Assembly (NCBI GenBank): GCA_036517255.1
Contig: DATDXE010000017.1
Location: forward strand, 39,599-103,598
Direction: 5' to 3'
Origin: Minisyncoccota bacterium
GTDB lineage: Bacteria > Patescibacteriota > Minisyncoccia > Phycocordibacterales > WO2-35-19
Length of the DNA stretch: 64,000 nt
Shown: positions 56,076-64,000 of the stretch, one piece after another
How the letters are laid out: every line of letters begins with the position of its first letter
Position numbering within the stretch: position 1 is the stretch's first letter
Notes under the pieces: generated by a model
What the model was told of the DNA's origin: nothing
Databases searched by the model: none
Seen by the model: the letters and a program-made list of their open reading frames with translations, nothing else
Position numbers and translations under genes: made by a program

Positions 56076-57194
56076 ATGAATCGTCTTTTGCAGGTGTTGT
56101 TTTTGCTTGTGCTACTCGTAGGGGTTACCCTAGTGGCACAAGAAGCGCCGGAAAACATCCCGATCATCGAGCCGGCCGGCGGGGACAACCCGACCGGAGG
56201 CACTTATTGCTTCATGGGCTACGTCCCCAAAGACGTGAACGCCTTGTGGCACATCGTCGGTTCGCGTTGGCGTGAGGCTCTTGCCCACCCCAAGAATGTG
56301 GTGTTACAGGAAGCCGAACGCGAGTTTACTAAGAAGGGAATGGTGTTCTACGCCATGAACCTCGGTGAATGCTTCTTCGTCCCTCCGGGGATGAAAGCAT
56401 ACGTTCCACTGATCGCGGAAGAAGTAGTCAAGTCCGACGGCGCGAGGAACGAGGGTGGTACGAACGCAACTTCTAACGAAGCGGCGATCGATACTCCGCC
56501 AATCGTTAGTGATTCCATTCTTTTGGGTGTGTTCTTCCTGTTTGTCGTGGTTCTTACGATTTTCGTTATTATTGAAGTCAAGAGAGATCGGACAAATCGG
56601 CTGGAAGCGCTCAATTGGGAGCGCGACCATCCCGCTGAAGCTGGTCCTCCTGTCATCGAAGGCGGAATGGAGCAGATCCGTGCGGTGGATCGAATCGAAG
56701 TCGCTACTGGCCTACTGCAGGATGTGGCCGCGGCGAGCTTCGTCCCGGATTCGAAACCTCGGGAATACCGGGTGATCGGAGAGATCGTCCGCGGTGTTCT
56801 CAACGGGACTGGGATGGTCCAATATGACGGCATCGATCCGCAGGAGAGAGTGTTTACCGACACTCCTGCTGTGCGGGCCCTCATGGAACACATCCCGACC
56901 GGGCAACGTGTTCACCGATTCGTCCTGTGGGCATGTGCCAACGGCGCGTGGTCGCAGATGATCGGCGGTGACGGGCTCACTTTCACTCCGACTCTCGATC
57001 AAAACGGCCTGCAGATTCGTCTCCAGACTCCTATCGTCCAGGCAACCGCCGCGGATGTTCAGAAGTATGGGGAGCCTGATTACGATCCCCGTTACGACAC
57101 TGTCGCGGCGGCCATGGGCAGAAATGAACCTCTCGTCCACCTGGCTGCCGATCTACCTCGTCGCAACCGAGTATTCATCGGGGGCGAACGGTAG
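56076..57194 (+). CDS. Hypothetical signal-peptide protein with one central TM helix (372 aa); markedly GC-rich gene
   Basis: Signal peptide MNRLLQVLFLLVLLVGVTLVAQEA, TM ILLGVFFLFVVVLTIFVII; own promoter, RBS and terminator; no family recognised. Confidence 0.5.
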   Translation: MNRLLQVLFLLVLLVGVTLVAQEAPENIPIIEPAGGDNPTGGTYCFMGYVPKDVNALWHIVGSRWREALAHPKNVVLQEAEREFTKKGMVFYAMNLGECFFVPPGMKAYVPLIAEEVVKSDGARNEGGTNATSNEAAIDTPPIVSDSILLGVFFLFVVVLTIFVIIEVKRDRTNRLEALNWERDHPAEAGPPVIEGGMEQIRAVDRIEVATGLLQDVAAASFVPDSKPREYRVIGEIVRGVLNGTGMVQYDGIDPQERVFTDTPAVRALMEHIPTGQRVHRFVLWACANGAWSQMIGGDGLTFTPTLDQNGLQIRLQTPIVQATAADVQKYGEPDYDPRYDTVAAAMGRNEPLVHLAADLPRRNRVFIGGER

Positions 57195-57218
57195 CGGAGA
57201 CCACGCACCACAATCCCG

Positions 57219-57245
57219 TCCCGGGACTCAACCAGAGTCCCGGGC
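57219..57245 (+). terminator. Hairpin TCCCGGGACT-caaccag-AGTCCCGGG
   Basis: 10-bp inverted repeat read directly, followed by GGTTTACGTTT. Confidence 0.45.
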
Positions 57246-57434
57246 GGTTTACGTTTGATAAAACTAGTGAGGTGTGCTTTAATTTAAAAAGATGTGGCGG
57301 TCAAACTCGTTTTGCGGAGGGGCAAGTGGAAGGGTACATACCGGACATTGTTTTTCTTTGCGTCGCTATAACGCTTTCAAGTTGTGCGGCGTTTCGACAC
57401 AGTCAAAATAAACACAAGAGAAAGGAGGTCAAAA

Positions 57435-57608
57435 GTGAGGGATTGGTTCTACAACCAGAAACCCGTGGAGAAGGACAGAAACAAGATTGCAGACGCCAGA
57501 CGTTCGAAGAAACGGGGGCGCAGTCATTCCCACCGGCTTAAGAGAGGTCCCAAATGCCGTATCCCCAAGGGAGAGCGCGGGATCTATCGGCGCCGGAATT
57601 ATGGGTAA
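57435..57608 (+). CDS. Candidate small, highly basic protein (57 aa, Arg/Lys-rich)
   Basis: GTG start 6 nt after a perfect AAAGGAGG RBS; followed by a 12-bp perfect hairpin terminator; no family recognised. Confidence 0.35.
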   Translation: MRDWFYNQKPVEKDRNKIADARRSKKRGRSHSHRLKRGPKCRIPKGERGIYRRRNYG

Positions 57609-57617
57609 AGCTTTTAC

Positions 57618-57648
57618 CAGCGGTCGGAGTGTGATGCTCCGACCGCTG
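57618..57648 (+). terminator. Perfect hairpin CAGCGGTCGGAG-tgtgatg-CTCCGACCGCTG
   Basis: 12-bp inverted repeat read directly. Confidence 0.55.
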
Positions 57649-57711
57649 AATGTTTATTTATATTGAGAGTATCACTAGAAAGTGTTAAATTGAACCTGGA
57701 GAGAAGATCCT

Positions 57712-58263
57712 ATGATAGTGAGATTAGTAGCACTCGCAGTTCTTTCTAGTCTTTGTTTGGTGCCCGTCGTGGCTCAAGCAAGGATAGATGTCGTCGCTTT
57801 AGATCGAGCGAATGACAAAATCGCGAAAAAGGAGTTTGACAGCGCGGTCGGCCTTTTCGTATTGATTTTCACGGATTTTAATCCGAGAGATCTTGAGACC
57901 TGTAACTTGGTCTCTGCTCACGCGGCTATAAGGTGGGTTGAAAATCATGCAATGAGGCGACCAGGGGAAATGGCCGCGCTCGGAGTGACGGCCCAAGCCG
58001 CCGCAAGGGTACGCAGAGTATTTGCGGGGATCCTTGCGAGAAACATTTTCGAGAAGCTTGAGAACGGTGAGTCCGTAGAAGGAGGCAGGTGTAGTTTACC
58101 GACCTTCGTTACAGGATCGCCGACCGGTTCGGGTTTTACCGACCTGACGAGTTTTTCCAAAATGATCTCGTTTCTCGAGTCTCTCATCACGAGGGACAAA
58201 GAGGTGCGAGATGAGATTCCCGAGAAAGGAATCCGCAAACTTCGAGAGAAGTACCTAAAGTGA
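57712..58263 (+). CDS. Hypothetical secreted protein (183 aa, signal peptide), GC-rich
   Basis: Signal peptide MIVRLVALAVLSSLCLVPVVAQA; followed by a strong terminator. Confidence 0.5.
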   Translation: MIVRLVALAVLSSLCLVPVVAQARIDVVALDRANDKIAKKEFDSAVGLFVLIFTDFNPRDLETCNLVSAHAAIRWVENHAMRRPGEMAALGVTAQAAARVRRVFAGILARNIFEKLENGESVEGGRCSLPTFVTGSPTGSGFTDLTSFSKMISFLESLITRDKEVRDEIPEKGIRKLREKYLK

Positions 58264-58278
58264 ACGCGAGCGGATGGA

Positions 58279-58320
58279 AAGCTTCGGCGTCCTCCAAGAT
58301 GCCGAAGCTTTTGCTTTTTT
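58279..58320 (+). terminator. Rho-independent terminator AAGCTTCGGC-loop-GCCGAAGCTT + TTTGCTTTTTT
   Basis: 10-bp stem plus T-run read directly. Confidence 0.65.
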
Positions 58321-58374
58321 AATATTTTTACATTACTCTTAGTTTTGTAATAAAATTTTTGTATTTAAATTAAA

Positions 58375-60591
58375 ATGAAACTTGTTATCGTAGAATCACC
58401 AGCGAAATCGAAAACAATTTCCAAGTATTTGGGAAGCGAGTATAAAGTGCTCGCGAGTATTGGGCATGTGCGGGATTTACCAAAGAGTAACAAAAAAGCT
58501 ATCGATATCCCTGGTGGCTTCATCCCCCATTACGAAATAAGTAAAGGCAAAGAAAAAGTGGTAGCTGAAATAAAAGCGGCTGCAAAAAAGGCAGATGAAA
58601 TATTGCTCGCGACAGACCCCGATCGTGAGGGAGAAGCTATTGCTTGGCACCTCTCAGAGATTATTACTGAAGGAAAGAAGGAAAAAAGGAAAGATATTAA
58701 AAGAGTTACTTATCATGAAATTACGAAGGAAGCTGTGGAAGAAGCCTTCAAACACCCACGAGATATAGATGAAAATTTAAAGGAAGCTCAAGAAGCCAGG
58801 CGAGTTCTGGACAGGCTCGTCGGTTATGATTTATCTGGTTTAATTTGGAAAAAGGTGCGATATGGCTTATCCGCTGGGCGCGTCCAATCCCCCGCTTTGC
58901 GCATTATAATGGAACGTGAGCGCGAAATCCGCGCTTTCAAACCGGAAGGATATTGGGTGGTAACGGCAAAACTTTCTACAGAAAAAAAAGAAGAAATTTT
59001 ATTTACTTGCACTGAAGAGCCGAAAACAGAAAAAGAAGCAGCCAGTATCGTAGAGACAGGAAAGAACAATGGATGGAGAGTGGTGAGCGTGGAAGAAAGT
59101 CAGGTGAAAAGAAGTCCACGGCCACCATTTATTACTTCTACATTACAACAAGCTGCTTCAAGTAGGCTCGGTTTCGCTCCTTCGAGAACTATGGGTATTG
59201 CCCAGAAACTTTATGAATCAGGCCTCATAACTTACATGAGAACTGACTCTATCACTTTGTCGGGCAATGCTATTTCCCAGATAAATAACATCGTGGAGAA
59301 AAAATTTGGCAAAGGATTATTTTTAGCCAGGAAATTCACAAGCAAATCCAAAAACGCACAAGAAGCCCATGAGGCAATAAGACCGACAGATTTCAGCAAG
59401 GATTCTGCGGGTATAAACGATGAACAGAAAAAGTTATACAACCTCATTTGGTCCCGAACCGTCGCCAGCCAAATGCAAGACGCAGAGATGATGAGGACGA
59501 GGGTGCTTGCGAATGTCGGGGAACCAAGGGTCACCCTTGGTATTCCTGATTTTGCAGCCAATGGCCAAAGAGTCGTCTCCCCTGGTTGGCTCTTAGCAGA
59601 TATAAAAGCTCGCGGAGAAGATGTGGAATTGCCAAAAATGAAAGCTGGGGATTCTCTCAATCTTTTAAATATAGGAAGTGAAGGTAAGCAGACAGAGCCA
59701 CCAGGTCGTTACAGTGAAGCAGGTTTAATTAAAGAATTAGAGAAAAGAGGTATCGGCCGCCCTTCTACTTACGCTTCTACTATTAAAACTATTGTGGATA
59801 GAGGTTATGTGGAGAAAGATGGTAAGGCTTTGAAGCCGACGGACACTGGCGACGTCGTCTCTACTTTCTTGGAAAATAATTTCGAAAAATACATTGGTGA
59901 CACTTTCACCGCCGATATGGAAGATGAGCTGGATGATATAGCCCTAGGTAAAAGGAAATATGAGCCGACCCTGCGCGAATTCTATGGGCCATTTCTGAAG
60001 GATGTGAAGAGTAAAGATAAAATAGATAAACTGACTACTCTGGGCGACGTAGATCCCCAAATTAAATGCCCTATTTGTGGCAAAGGCATGGTAATTAAGC
60101 TCGGTCGCGGAGGCAAATTCATGTCTTGCGAGACTTTCCCAGATTGTAAAGGTATGCGGACGATACTCGGAGAAATCATAGAGGAAGCCAAACCTATTGG
60201 GGTGGACCCAACAACAGATTTGCCTATATATGTCATGGACGGCAGGTTTGGGCCATATGTACAGTTGGGTGAGAAAGGAAAAAAGGAAAAAGGAAAGAAG
60301 GAAAAATTAAGAATGGCCAGTATTCCGAAAGAGAAGAATCCTCATGAGGTAACAGTGGAAGAAGCTTTACATTACCTCTCTCTCCCCCGCTTACTCGGTA
60401 ATCACCCCGAAACTGGCAAACCAATCTCAGCCAATATTGGGCGCTTCGGCCCATATGTCGTACATGAGAAAGATTTTAGATCTCTAAAAGAAGACGACGT
60501 TTATAAAGTCACATTTGAACGAGCTCTAGAAATATTCTCTGAACCCAAAAAATTCCGCCGTGGTAGATTTGCAAAGAAGGAAGAAAGTTAG
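58375..60591 (+). CDS. topA: DNA topoisomerase I with C-terminal zinc ribbon
   Basis: TOPRIM N-terminus MKLVIVESPAKSKTISKYLG…, …TDPDREGEAIAWH…, Zn ribbon CPICGKGMV…CETFPDC; in-frame palindromic element at 59523-59541. Confidence 0.9.
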   Translation: MKLVIVESPAKSKTISKYLGSEYKVLASIGHVRDLPKSNKKAIDIPGGFIPHYEISKGKEKVVAEIKAAAKKADEILLATDPDREGEAIAWHLSEIITEGKKEKRKDIKRVTYHEITKEAVEEAFKHPRDIDENLKEAQEARRVLDRLVGYDLSGLIWKKVRYGLSAGRVQSPALRIIMEREREIRAFKPEGYWVVTAKLSTEKKEEILFTCTEEPKTEKEAASIVETGKNNGWRVVSVEESQVKRSPRPPFITSTLQQAASSRLGFAPSRTMGIAQKLYESGLITYMRTDSITLSGNAISQINNIVEKKFGKGLFLARKFTSKSKNAQEAHEAIRPTDFSKDSAGINDEQKKLYNLIWSRTVASQMQDAEMMRTRVLANVGEPRVTLGIPDFAANGQRVVSPGWLLADIKARGEDVELPKMKAGDSLNLLNIGSEGKQTEPPGRYSEAGLIKELEKRGIGRPSTYASTIKTIVDRGYVEKDGKALKPTDTGDVVSTFLENNFEKYIGDTFTADMEDELDDIALGKRKYEPTLREFYGPFLKDVKSKDKIDKLTTLGDVDPQIKCPICGKGMVIKLGRGGKFMSCETFPDCKGMRTILGEIIEEAKPIGVDPTTDLPIYVMDGRFGPYVQLGEKGKKEKGKKEKLRMASIPKEKNPHEVTVEEALHYLSLPRLLGNHPETGKPISANIGRFGPYVVHEKDFRSLKEDDVYKVTFERALEIFSEPKKFRRGRFAKKEES
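59523..59541. repeat. Palindromic element copy ACCAAGGGT-C-ACCCTTGGT in-frame inside topA
   Basis: Read directly; encodes …EPRVTLGIP…. Confidence 0.55.
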
Positions 60592-60600
60592 CTTCCTCTA

Positions 60601-61692
60601 CTATAAAGAGAAATTTTTGACGGAGTAAATATCTTGATCTTCCTTGCCCAGCGAAGCTCGACCACCAGGAGATGCGGCGTTGGGTATTAGAGTGTTATCG
60701 TCTTTCTTTATATCTTCAGGAGTCCTGTCATCCTCGGCCGTCGTAGCTATTTCAATTTTATCTACCTCCTCCTCTTTTTTGGGTTCTATATTCTGACTTT
60801 CAACTTTATGAACTTTTGACTTCTCACTCTCCTCATATCTCTCCATCATCTCATTCCTGCTACTAGCCTTTTTATTTTTTAGGAGTTCGAATATTGCATT
60901 AAGGTCGTCGTATGAAAAGAAGTCGATCATCAGCTTACCCCCCGTTTTTTTCCTTTCTATCTGCACACGGGTACCTAGACTTTCAGAAAACTTTTCTTCA
61001 AATTCGAAAACGACCGGATCCATTTCTGGAGTAATAACACGAGCTCTTTCCACAGCGATTTTGCGAGCGATAAGCTCGGCTTCGCGCACTGATATTTTTT
61101 TGTAAAGTACTTCTTTGAACAGAACTGATTGTTCCTGTGGCCTGTCCGAGAGCATGAGGAGTGGTCTAGTATGGCCTTCGGTAATCTTTCCTTCTGAAAC
61201 AGCATTTTGTATTTCTTCCGGAAGGGAAAGTAGGCGTAAGGTATTCGATACGTATTCTCTACTCTTGCCTATTTTCTGAGCGATAGTGATGTGTTTGAAA
61301 CCAAATTCGTCCACTAGTTTTTTGAAAGCTCTGGCGCGTTCGACTGCGTTCAAATCTTCTCTTTGCACATTTTCGATGATAGCAAGCTCGAGTTTCATCA
61401 GGTCGTTTTCCTCCCCTGCTCGTATGAGTACTGGCACCTCTCTTAGGCCTGCGAGCCTCGATGCTCGTAGGCGCCTCTCTCCTGCGATCAATTCATATTC
61501 TACTTTAAGACCGTCCTCTCGAAAGTTTTCTTTGCGGGTGACTACAAGTGCTTGGAGTACACCATATTGTTTTATCGAATCAGCCAGGGCCTGCAGAGCC
61601 ACTGGGTCAAATTCTTTCCTTGGCTGGTATGGGTTTGGTTTTATTTTATCCACCTCGACCCAAAATATAGAATCATTATAAAACTGTGACAT
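60601..61692 (-). CDS. parB: ParB/Spo0J chromosome-partitioning protein with long acidic C-terminal extension
   Basis: …YQPRKEFDPVALQALADSIKQYGVLQALVV…YELIAGERRLRASRLAGLREVPVLI… ParB box; HTH; divergent C-terminus. Confidence 0.85.
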   Translation of the reverse strand: MSQFYNDSIFWVEVDKIKPNPYQPRKEFDPVALQALADSIKQYGVLQALVVTRKENFREDGLKVEYELIAGERRLRASRLAGLREVPVLIRAGEENDLMKLELAIIENVQREDLNAVERARAFKKLVDEFGFKHITIAQKIGKSREYVSNTLRLLSLPEEIQNAVSEGKITEGHTRPLLMLSDRPQEQSVLFKEVLYKKISVREAELIARKIAVERARVITPEMDPVVFEFEEKFSESLGTRVQIERKKTGGKLMIDFFSYDDLNAIFELLKNKKASSRNEMMERYEESEKSKVHKVESQNIEPKKEEEVDKIEIATTAEDDRTPEDIKKDDNTLIPNAASPGGRASLGKEDQDIYSVKNFSL

Positions 61693-61791
61693 AAATAATT
61701 TGTGTAATTATAGAAAAATTATAGCAGAATAATTTGAAAAATGGTAAAGTCTAAAGTAAGTCCGCTGTTGCTCGAGCTATGGCGGGACAAA

Positions 61792-61872
61792 GCCGGAGTG
61801 GCGGAATGGTAGACGCGCACGACTCAAAATCGTGTATCGCAAGGTGTGAGAGTTCAAGTCTCTCCTCCGGCA
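61792..61872 (+). tRNA. tRNA-Leu (anticodon CAA), long variable arm, no encoded CCA
   Basis: Acceptor GCCGGAG/CTCCGGC, anticodon stem CACGA/TCGTG with loop CTCAAAA, variable arm TATCGCAAGGTGTG, T-arm GAGAG-TTCAAGT-CTCTC. Confidence 0.8.
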
Positions 61873-61915
61873 CTTGACAAACACTACGTAACCTGCTATA
61901 CTGTGAGCAGGAGGC

Positions 61916-62242
61916 CTAGTATAAAAGATCCCAACTAACACCGGCTCCCACAGTAACTTCCATTTTTTCCTCATCAAAATAAGTATTTTGGATATTACTC
62001 AAGCTAATTTGGACTCCATTGGTAATGGTTTGTCCGTTAGTAGAATGTCCTGTATTTCTGATTTTTACAGCAATATCACGATCGTGATAGCCCTTTAGTA
62101 TTTTGGCAAGTTCTTCTATATTCGTGGGTGATTCAGTGATTTTGGGTACACCGCGATATATTCCACCAAAATCACTTTGATCAAAATCGTGAGGAGAAAA
62201 ATTCCCACTAGTTTTATACGGTTGGTCGGGCTCAGTGGTCAT
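61916..62242 (-). pseudogene. N-terminal fragment (108 aa) of an FAD-binding (PCMH/FAD_binding_4-type) oxidoreductase, truncated 44 bp from the tRNA-Leu 3' end
   Basis: …IAVKIRNTGHSTNGQTITNGVQISLSNI…VTVGAGVSWDLLY matches only the FAD-binding subdomain; full proteins of this type are about 4 times longer. Confidence 0.45.
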
Positions 62243-62307
62243 ATTTTCATAATGAATTTACAATTATAATCATAAGTATATACTAATCTTTTTCAAGATA
62301 AACTTCT

Positions 62308-63228
62308 ATGCAAAAAATACTAGTGATTCTCGGCCCCACGGCATCGGGCAAAAGTGAGGTGGCTGTCGAGTTGGCCAAACAATTTAATGGAGAAATTGTT
62401 TCGGCTGATTCGAGGCAGGTGTATAAGGGGCTGGATATTGGTACCGGCAAAATTACCAAGAAAGAGATGCAGGGTGTCCCCCACTACTTACTTGATGTTG
62501 TGAGCCTTAAAAAACAGTTTTCTGTTTCTGATTATAAAAAACTGGCAGATAAAGCAATAGACAAAATTTTAAAGAAAAACAAGCTTCCTATTATTTGCGG
62601 CGGCACAGGGCTTTATATAGATGCTCTACTTGGCAAAATTAATATCCCTGAGGTACCACCCAACCCCAAACTACGCAAACAACTTGAAAGCAAACCTGTA
62701 GCAGAACTATTCAATATCTTGAGAAACTTAGACCCAGAGAGAGCTGGGAATATCGATGCTAAAAATCCTAGAAGACTTATTCGAGCGATAGAAATAGCAT
62801 TAGCTGGCCCCCACTCTACATCTCCCTCTGGTCGAGTTTCGCGGGGCAACACATTGAAATACAATGTGTTGAAAATTGGGATCAAAATAGAAGAGAAGAA
62901 TTTAAAAGAAAAGATAAATAAGAGGATCGGGGGGTGGATGAAAAAGGGTTTAGTAAAAGAAGTTCAAAATTTGCATAAAGGAGGTCTTTCCTGGAAACGG
63001 ATGGAAGAAATTGGATTGGAGTATCGTCTTGTCGCTCTATATTTACAAAATAAAATCACCAAAGAAAAATTAATAGATAGGATACAGATAGAGACTTGGC
63101 AGTATGCTAAGAGGCAGATGACCTGGTTTAAAAGGACTGTCCGTCAAGGAGGCGGGGACAAAAAAATAATCTGGCTTCCACCTAATATCTCAAAGATGAA
63201 ATCTGAAGTTAAAAAATTTATAAAATAG
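62308..63228 (+). CDS. miaA: tRNA dimethylallyltransferase
   Basis: …ILVILGPTASGKSEVAVELAKQFNGEIVSADSRQVYKGLDIGTGK… P-loop and MiaA signature. Confidence 0.9.
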   Translation: MQKILVILGPTASGKSEVAVELAKQFNGEIVSADSRQVYKGLDIGTGKITKKEMQGVPHYLLDVVSLKKQFSVSDYKKLADKAIDKILKKNKLPIICGGTGLYIDALLGKINIPEVPPNPKLRKQLESKPVAELFNILRNLDPERAGNIDAKNPRRLIRAIEIALAGPHSTSPSGRVSRGNTLKYNVLKIGIKIEEKNLKEKINKRIGGWMKKGLVKEVQNLHKGGLSWKRMEEIGLEYRLVALYLQNKITKEKLIDRIQIETWQYAKRQMTWFKRTVRQGGGDKKIIWLPPNISKMKSEVKKFIK

Positions 63229-63230
63229 AT

Positions 63231-63252
63231 GCTCCGGCTTTTCAGCCGGAGC
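63231..63252. terminator. Hairpin GCTCCGGCT-tttca-GCCGGAGC after miaA
   Basis: 8-9-bp inverted repeat read directly. Confidence 0.5.
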
Positions 63253-63283
63253 GAGGGGTTTTGCCTTGAACTGGGAGCGGGTT

Positions 63284-63841
63284 CTAGGCGAACAGTGGTT
63301 CTTGAATTTCCGTAGGTACTGCTTTCCAGATTCTTGCAAACTGTTGGTTACTGGTCAGCAGTGCGAGTCCCTCGGCCTCTTTCAGCGTGATCTGGTCGAG
63401 CCTACAAGCGAGGCAAAATAGTATCGCCTCACAAGTTTCTCGAGGACCACCCGCAAGAGAGAAAATGAATCCTCTTGTGCGGATCGCACTGGCTACTTCT
63501 TTCTGTGGATTACCCGTTAGACAGAGGAAACTCGTGTCCTGTCCAGGGTTTGCAGCAAGCTGGGCCGCTTCTTCAGCGACTGCTCCAGATAGAGCGGCTA
63601 CCTTGTTCGAATGTATTTCTCCAGTGATGGTTGTGAATAAGGCTACTCCATTTACTGGATTTGCTACCATGAAAAAACCGCCCCGAATCCGTTCCATGGG
63701 AGAAACATTGTTCAGAATCCACGCTAGCTGGTCATGGATTTCAAAAAACTTCTTTTGAGTGTAGATCAAGTTGCGTCCTCCAAAAACTAAGGATCTGCCT
63801 CTGCCCTTTTGGGGACGAGAGAACTGATAATATTTTAACAT
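63284..63841 (-). CDS. Hypothetical protein (185 aa), relatively GC-rich
   Basis: Long ORF with coding-like composition; no family recognised. Confidence 0.4.
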   Translation of the reverse strand: MLKYYQFSRPQKGRGRSLVFGGRNLIYTQKKFFEIHDQLAWILNNVSPMERIRGGFFMVANPVNGVALFTTITGEIHSNKVAALSGAVAEEAAQLAANPGQDTSFLCLTGNPQKEVASAIRTRGFIFSLAGGPRETCEAILFCLACRLDQITLKEAEGLALLTSNQQFARIWKAVPTEIQEPLFA

Positions 63842-63904
63842 GTTGTTTTATTGAAAAATGGATGTGACTTGATACTGTGGATATGATATAAACTATATGG
63901 AGGA

Positions 63905-64000
63905 TTTCGCCTATGAAGACGACAGAATTTCCGTCTTCACAGACGGTCATCGACAACTGCACTAGCCAGAGCCACATCGTCATGGCTTTGCGATATGTGC
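63905..64000 (+). CDS. 5' end of a hypothetical CDS running out of the window
   Basis: ATG 63905 preceded by TGGAGGA RBS; open to the window end. Confidence 0.25.

Noticed and set aside
56304-57140. Antisense ORFs up to 181 aa inside the 56076-57194 gene
   Set aside because: Arg/Ser/Pro-rich antisense translations of a GC-rich gene; no start signals.
57272-57541. 89-aa ORF and the upstream part (57384-57434) of the 74-aa ORF in the GC-rich island
   Set aside because: Overlapping alternative frames with no RBS. Only the GTG 57435 frame has a perfect RBS and a downstream terminator.
61777-61977. 66-aa minus-strand ORF
   Set aside because: It overlaps the tRNA-Leu gene exactly, so it is not protein-coding.
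1-64000. rRNA genes, integrases or transposases
   Set aside because: No sequence resembling 16S/23S/5S conserved blocks, and no protein with tyrosine/serine recombinase or DDE transposase motifs was seen in any frame.

Overview
This 64 kb window is an AT-rich, gene-dense bacterial chromosomal segment dominated by core information-processing genes. My inference, held with low confidence, is that the compact, housekeeping-heavy, low-GC character fits a reduced-genome (Patescibacteria/CPR-like) bacterium. Core genes on the + strand include rpsP, a KH-domain gene, trmD, rpoB, rpoC, dnaG, rpoD, priA-like, def, fmt, an SMC-like ATPase, tgt, uvrB, uvrA, gltX, cysS, topA, miaA, rpmA and tRNA-Leu(CAA). 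On the - strand are RNase R, mreB, msrB, rplI and parB. Accessory content includes a HicB/HicA toxin-antitoxin pair, a FIST sensor + histidine kinase + tandem-receiver response regulator module, and a MacB-type ABC efflux set (FtsX-like permease, ATPase, membrane-fusion protein) next to a DsbA-like gene and a 897-aa Thr/Ser/Gly-rich secreted protein with PA14 and InlB-B-repeat-like domains. Several short islands of visibly higher GC carry hypothetical secreted or membrane proteins with near-consensus sigma70 promoters and GC-rich hairpin terminators.

The most unusual signals are three. First, a ~145-aa DUF559 (Vsr/restriction-endonuclease-like) domain is inserted in-frame inside tgt, flanked by GC-rich hairpins. 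Second, a palindromic element family CCAAGG(G/A)T(C/G)ACCCTTGG occurs at least seven times, acting as hairpin terminators between genes but also sitting in-frame inside uvrB, cysS and topA, where it encodes P-(R/K)-(V/M)-T-L-G. Third, a GC-rich palindrome family (CCCGCCCG...CGGGCGGG) sits in-frame in fmt and tgt and forms the rpoD terminator. Other findings are a two-gene cassette (four-helix-bundle/Avd-like protein plus a ParB/Srx-like protein) flanked by imperfect inverted repeats between rpoC and dnaG, a PriA homolog lacking the Walker A/B helicase motifs, a hinge-less 702-aa SMC, a CorA-like protein lacking the GMN motif, and a truncated FAD-binding oxidoreductase fragment abutting the tRNA-Leu 3' end. 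No rRNA, CRISPR array or integrase/transposase gene was recognised.
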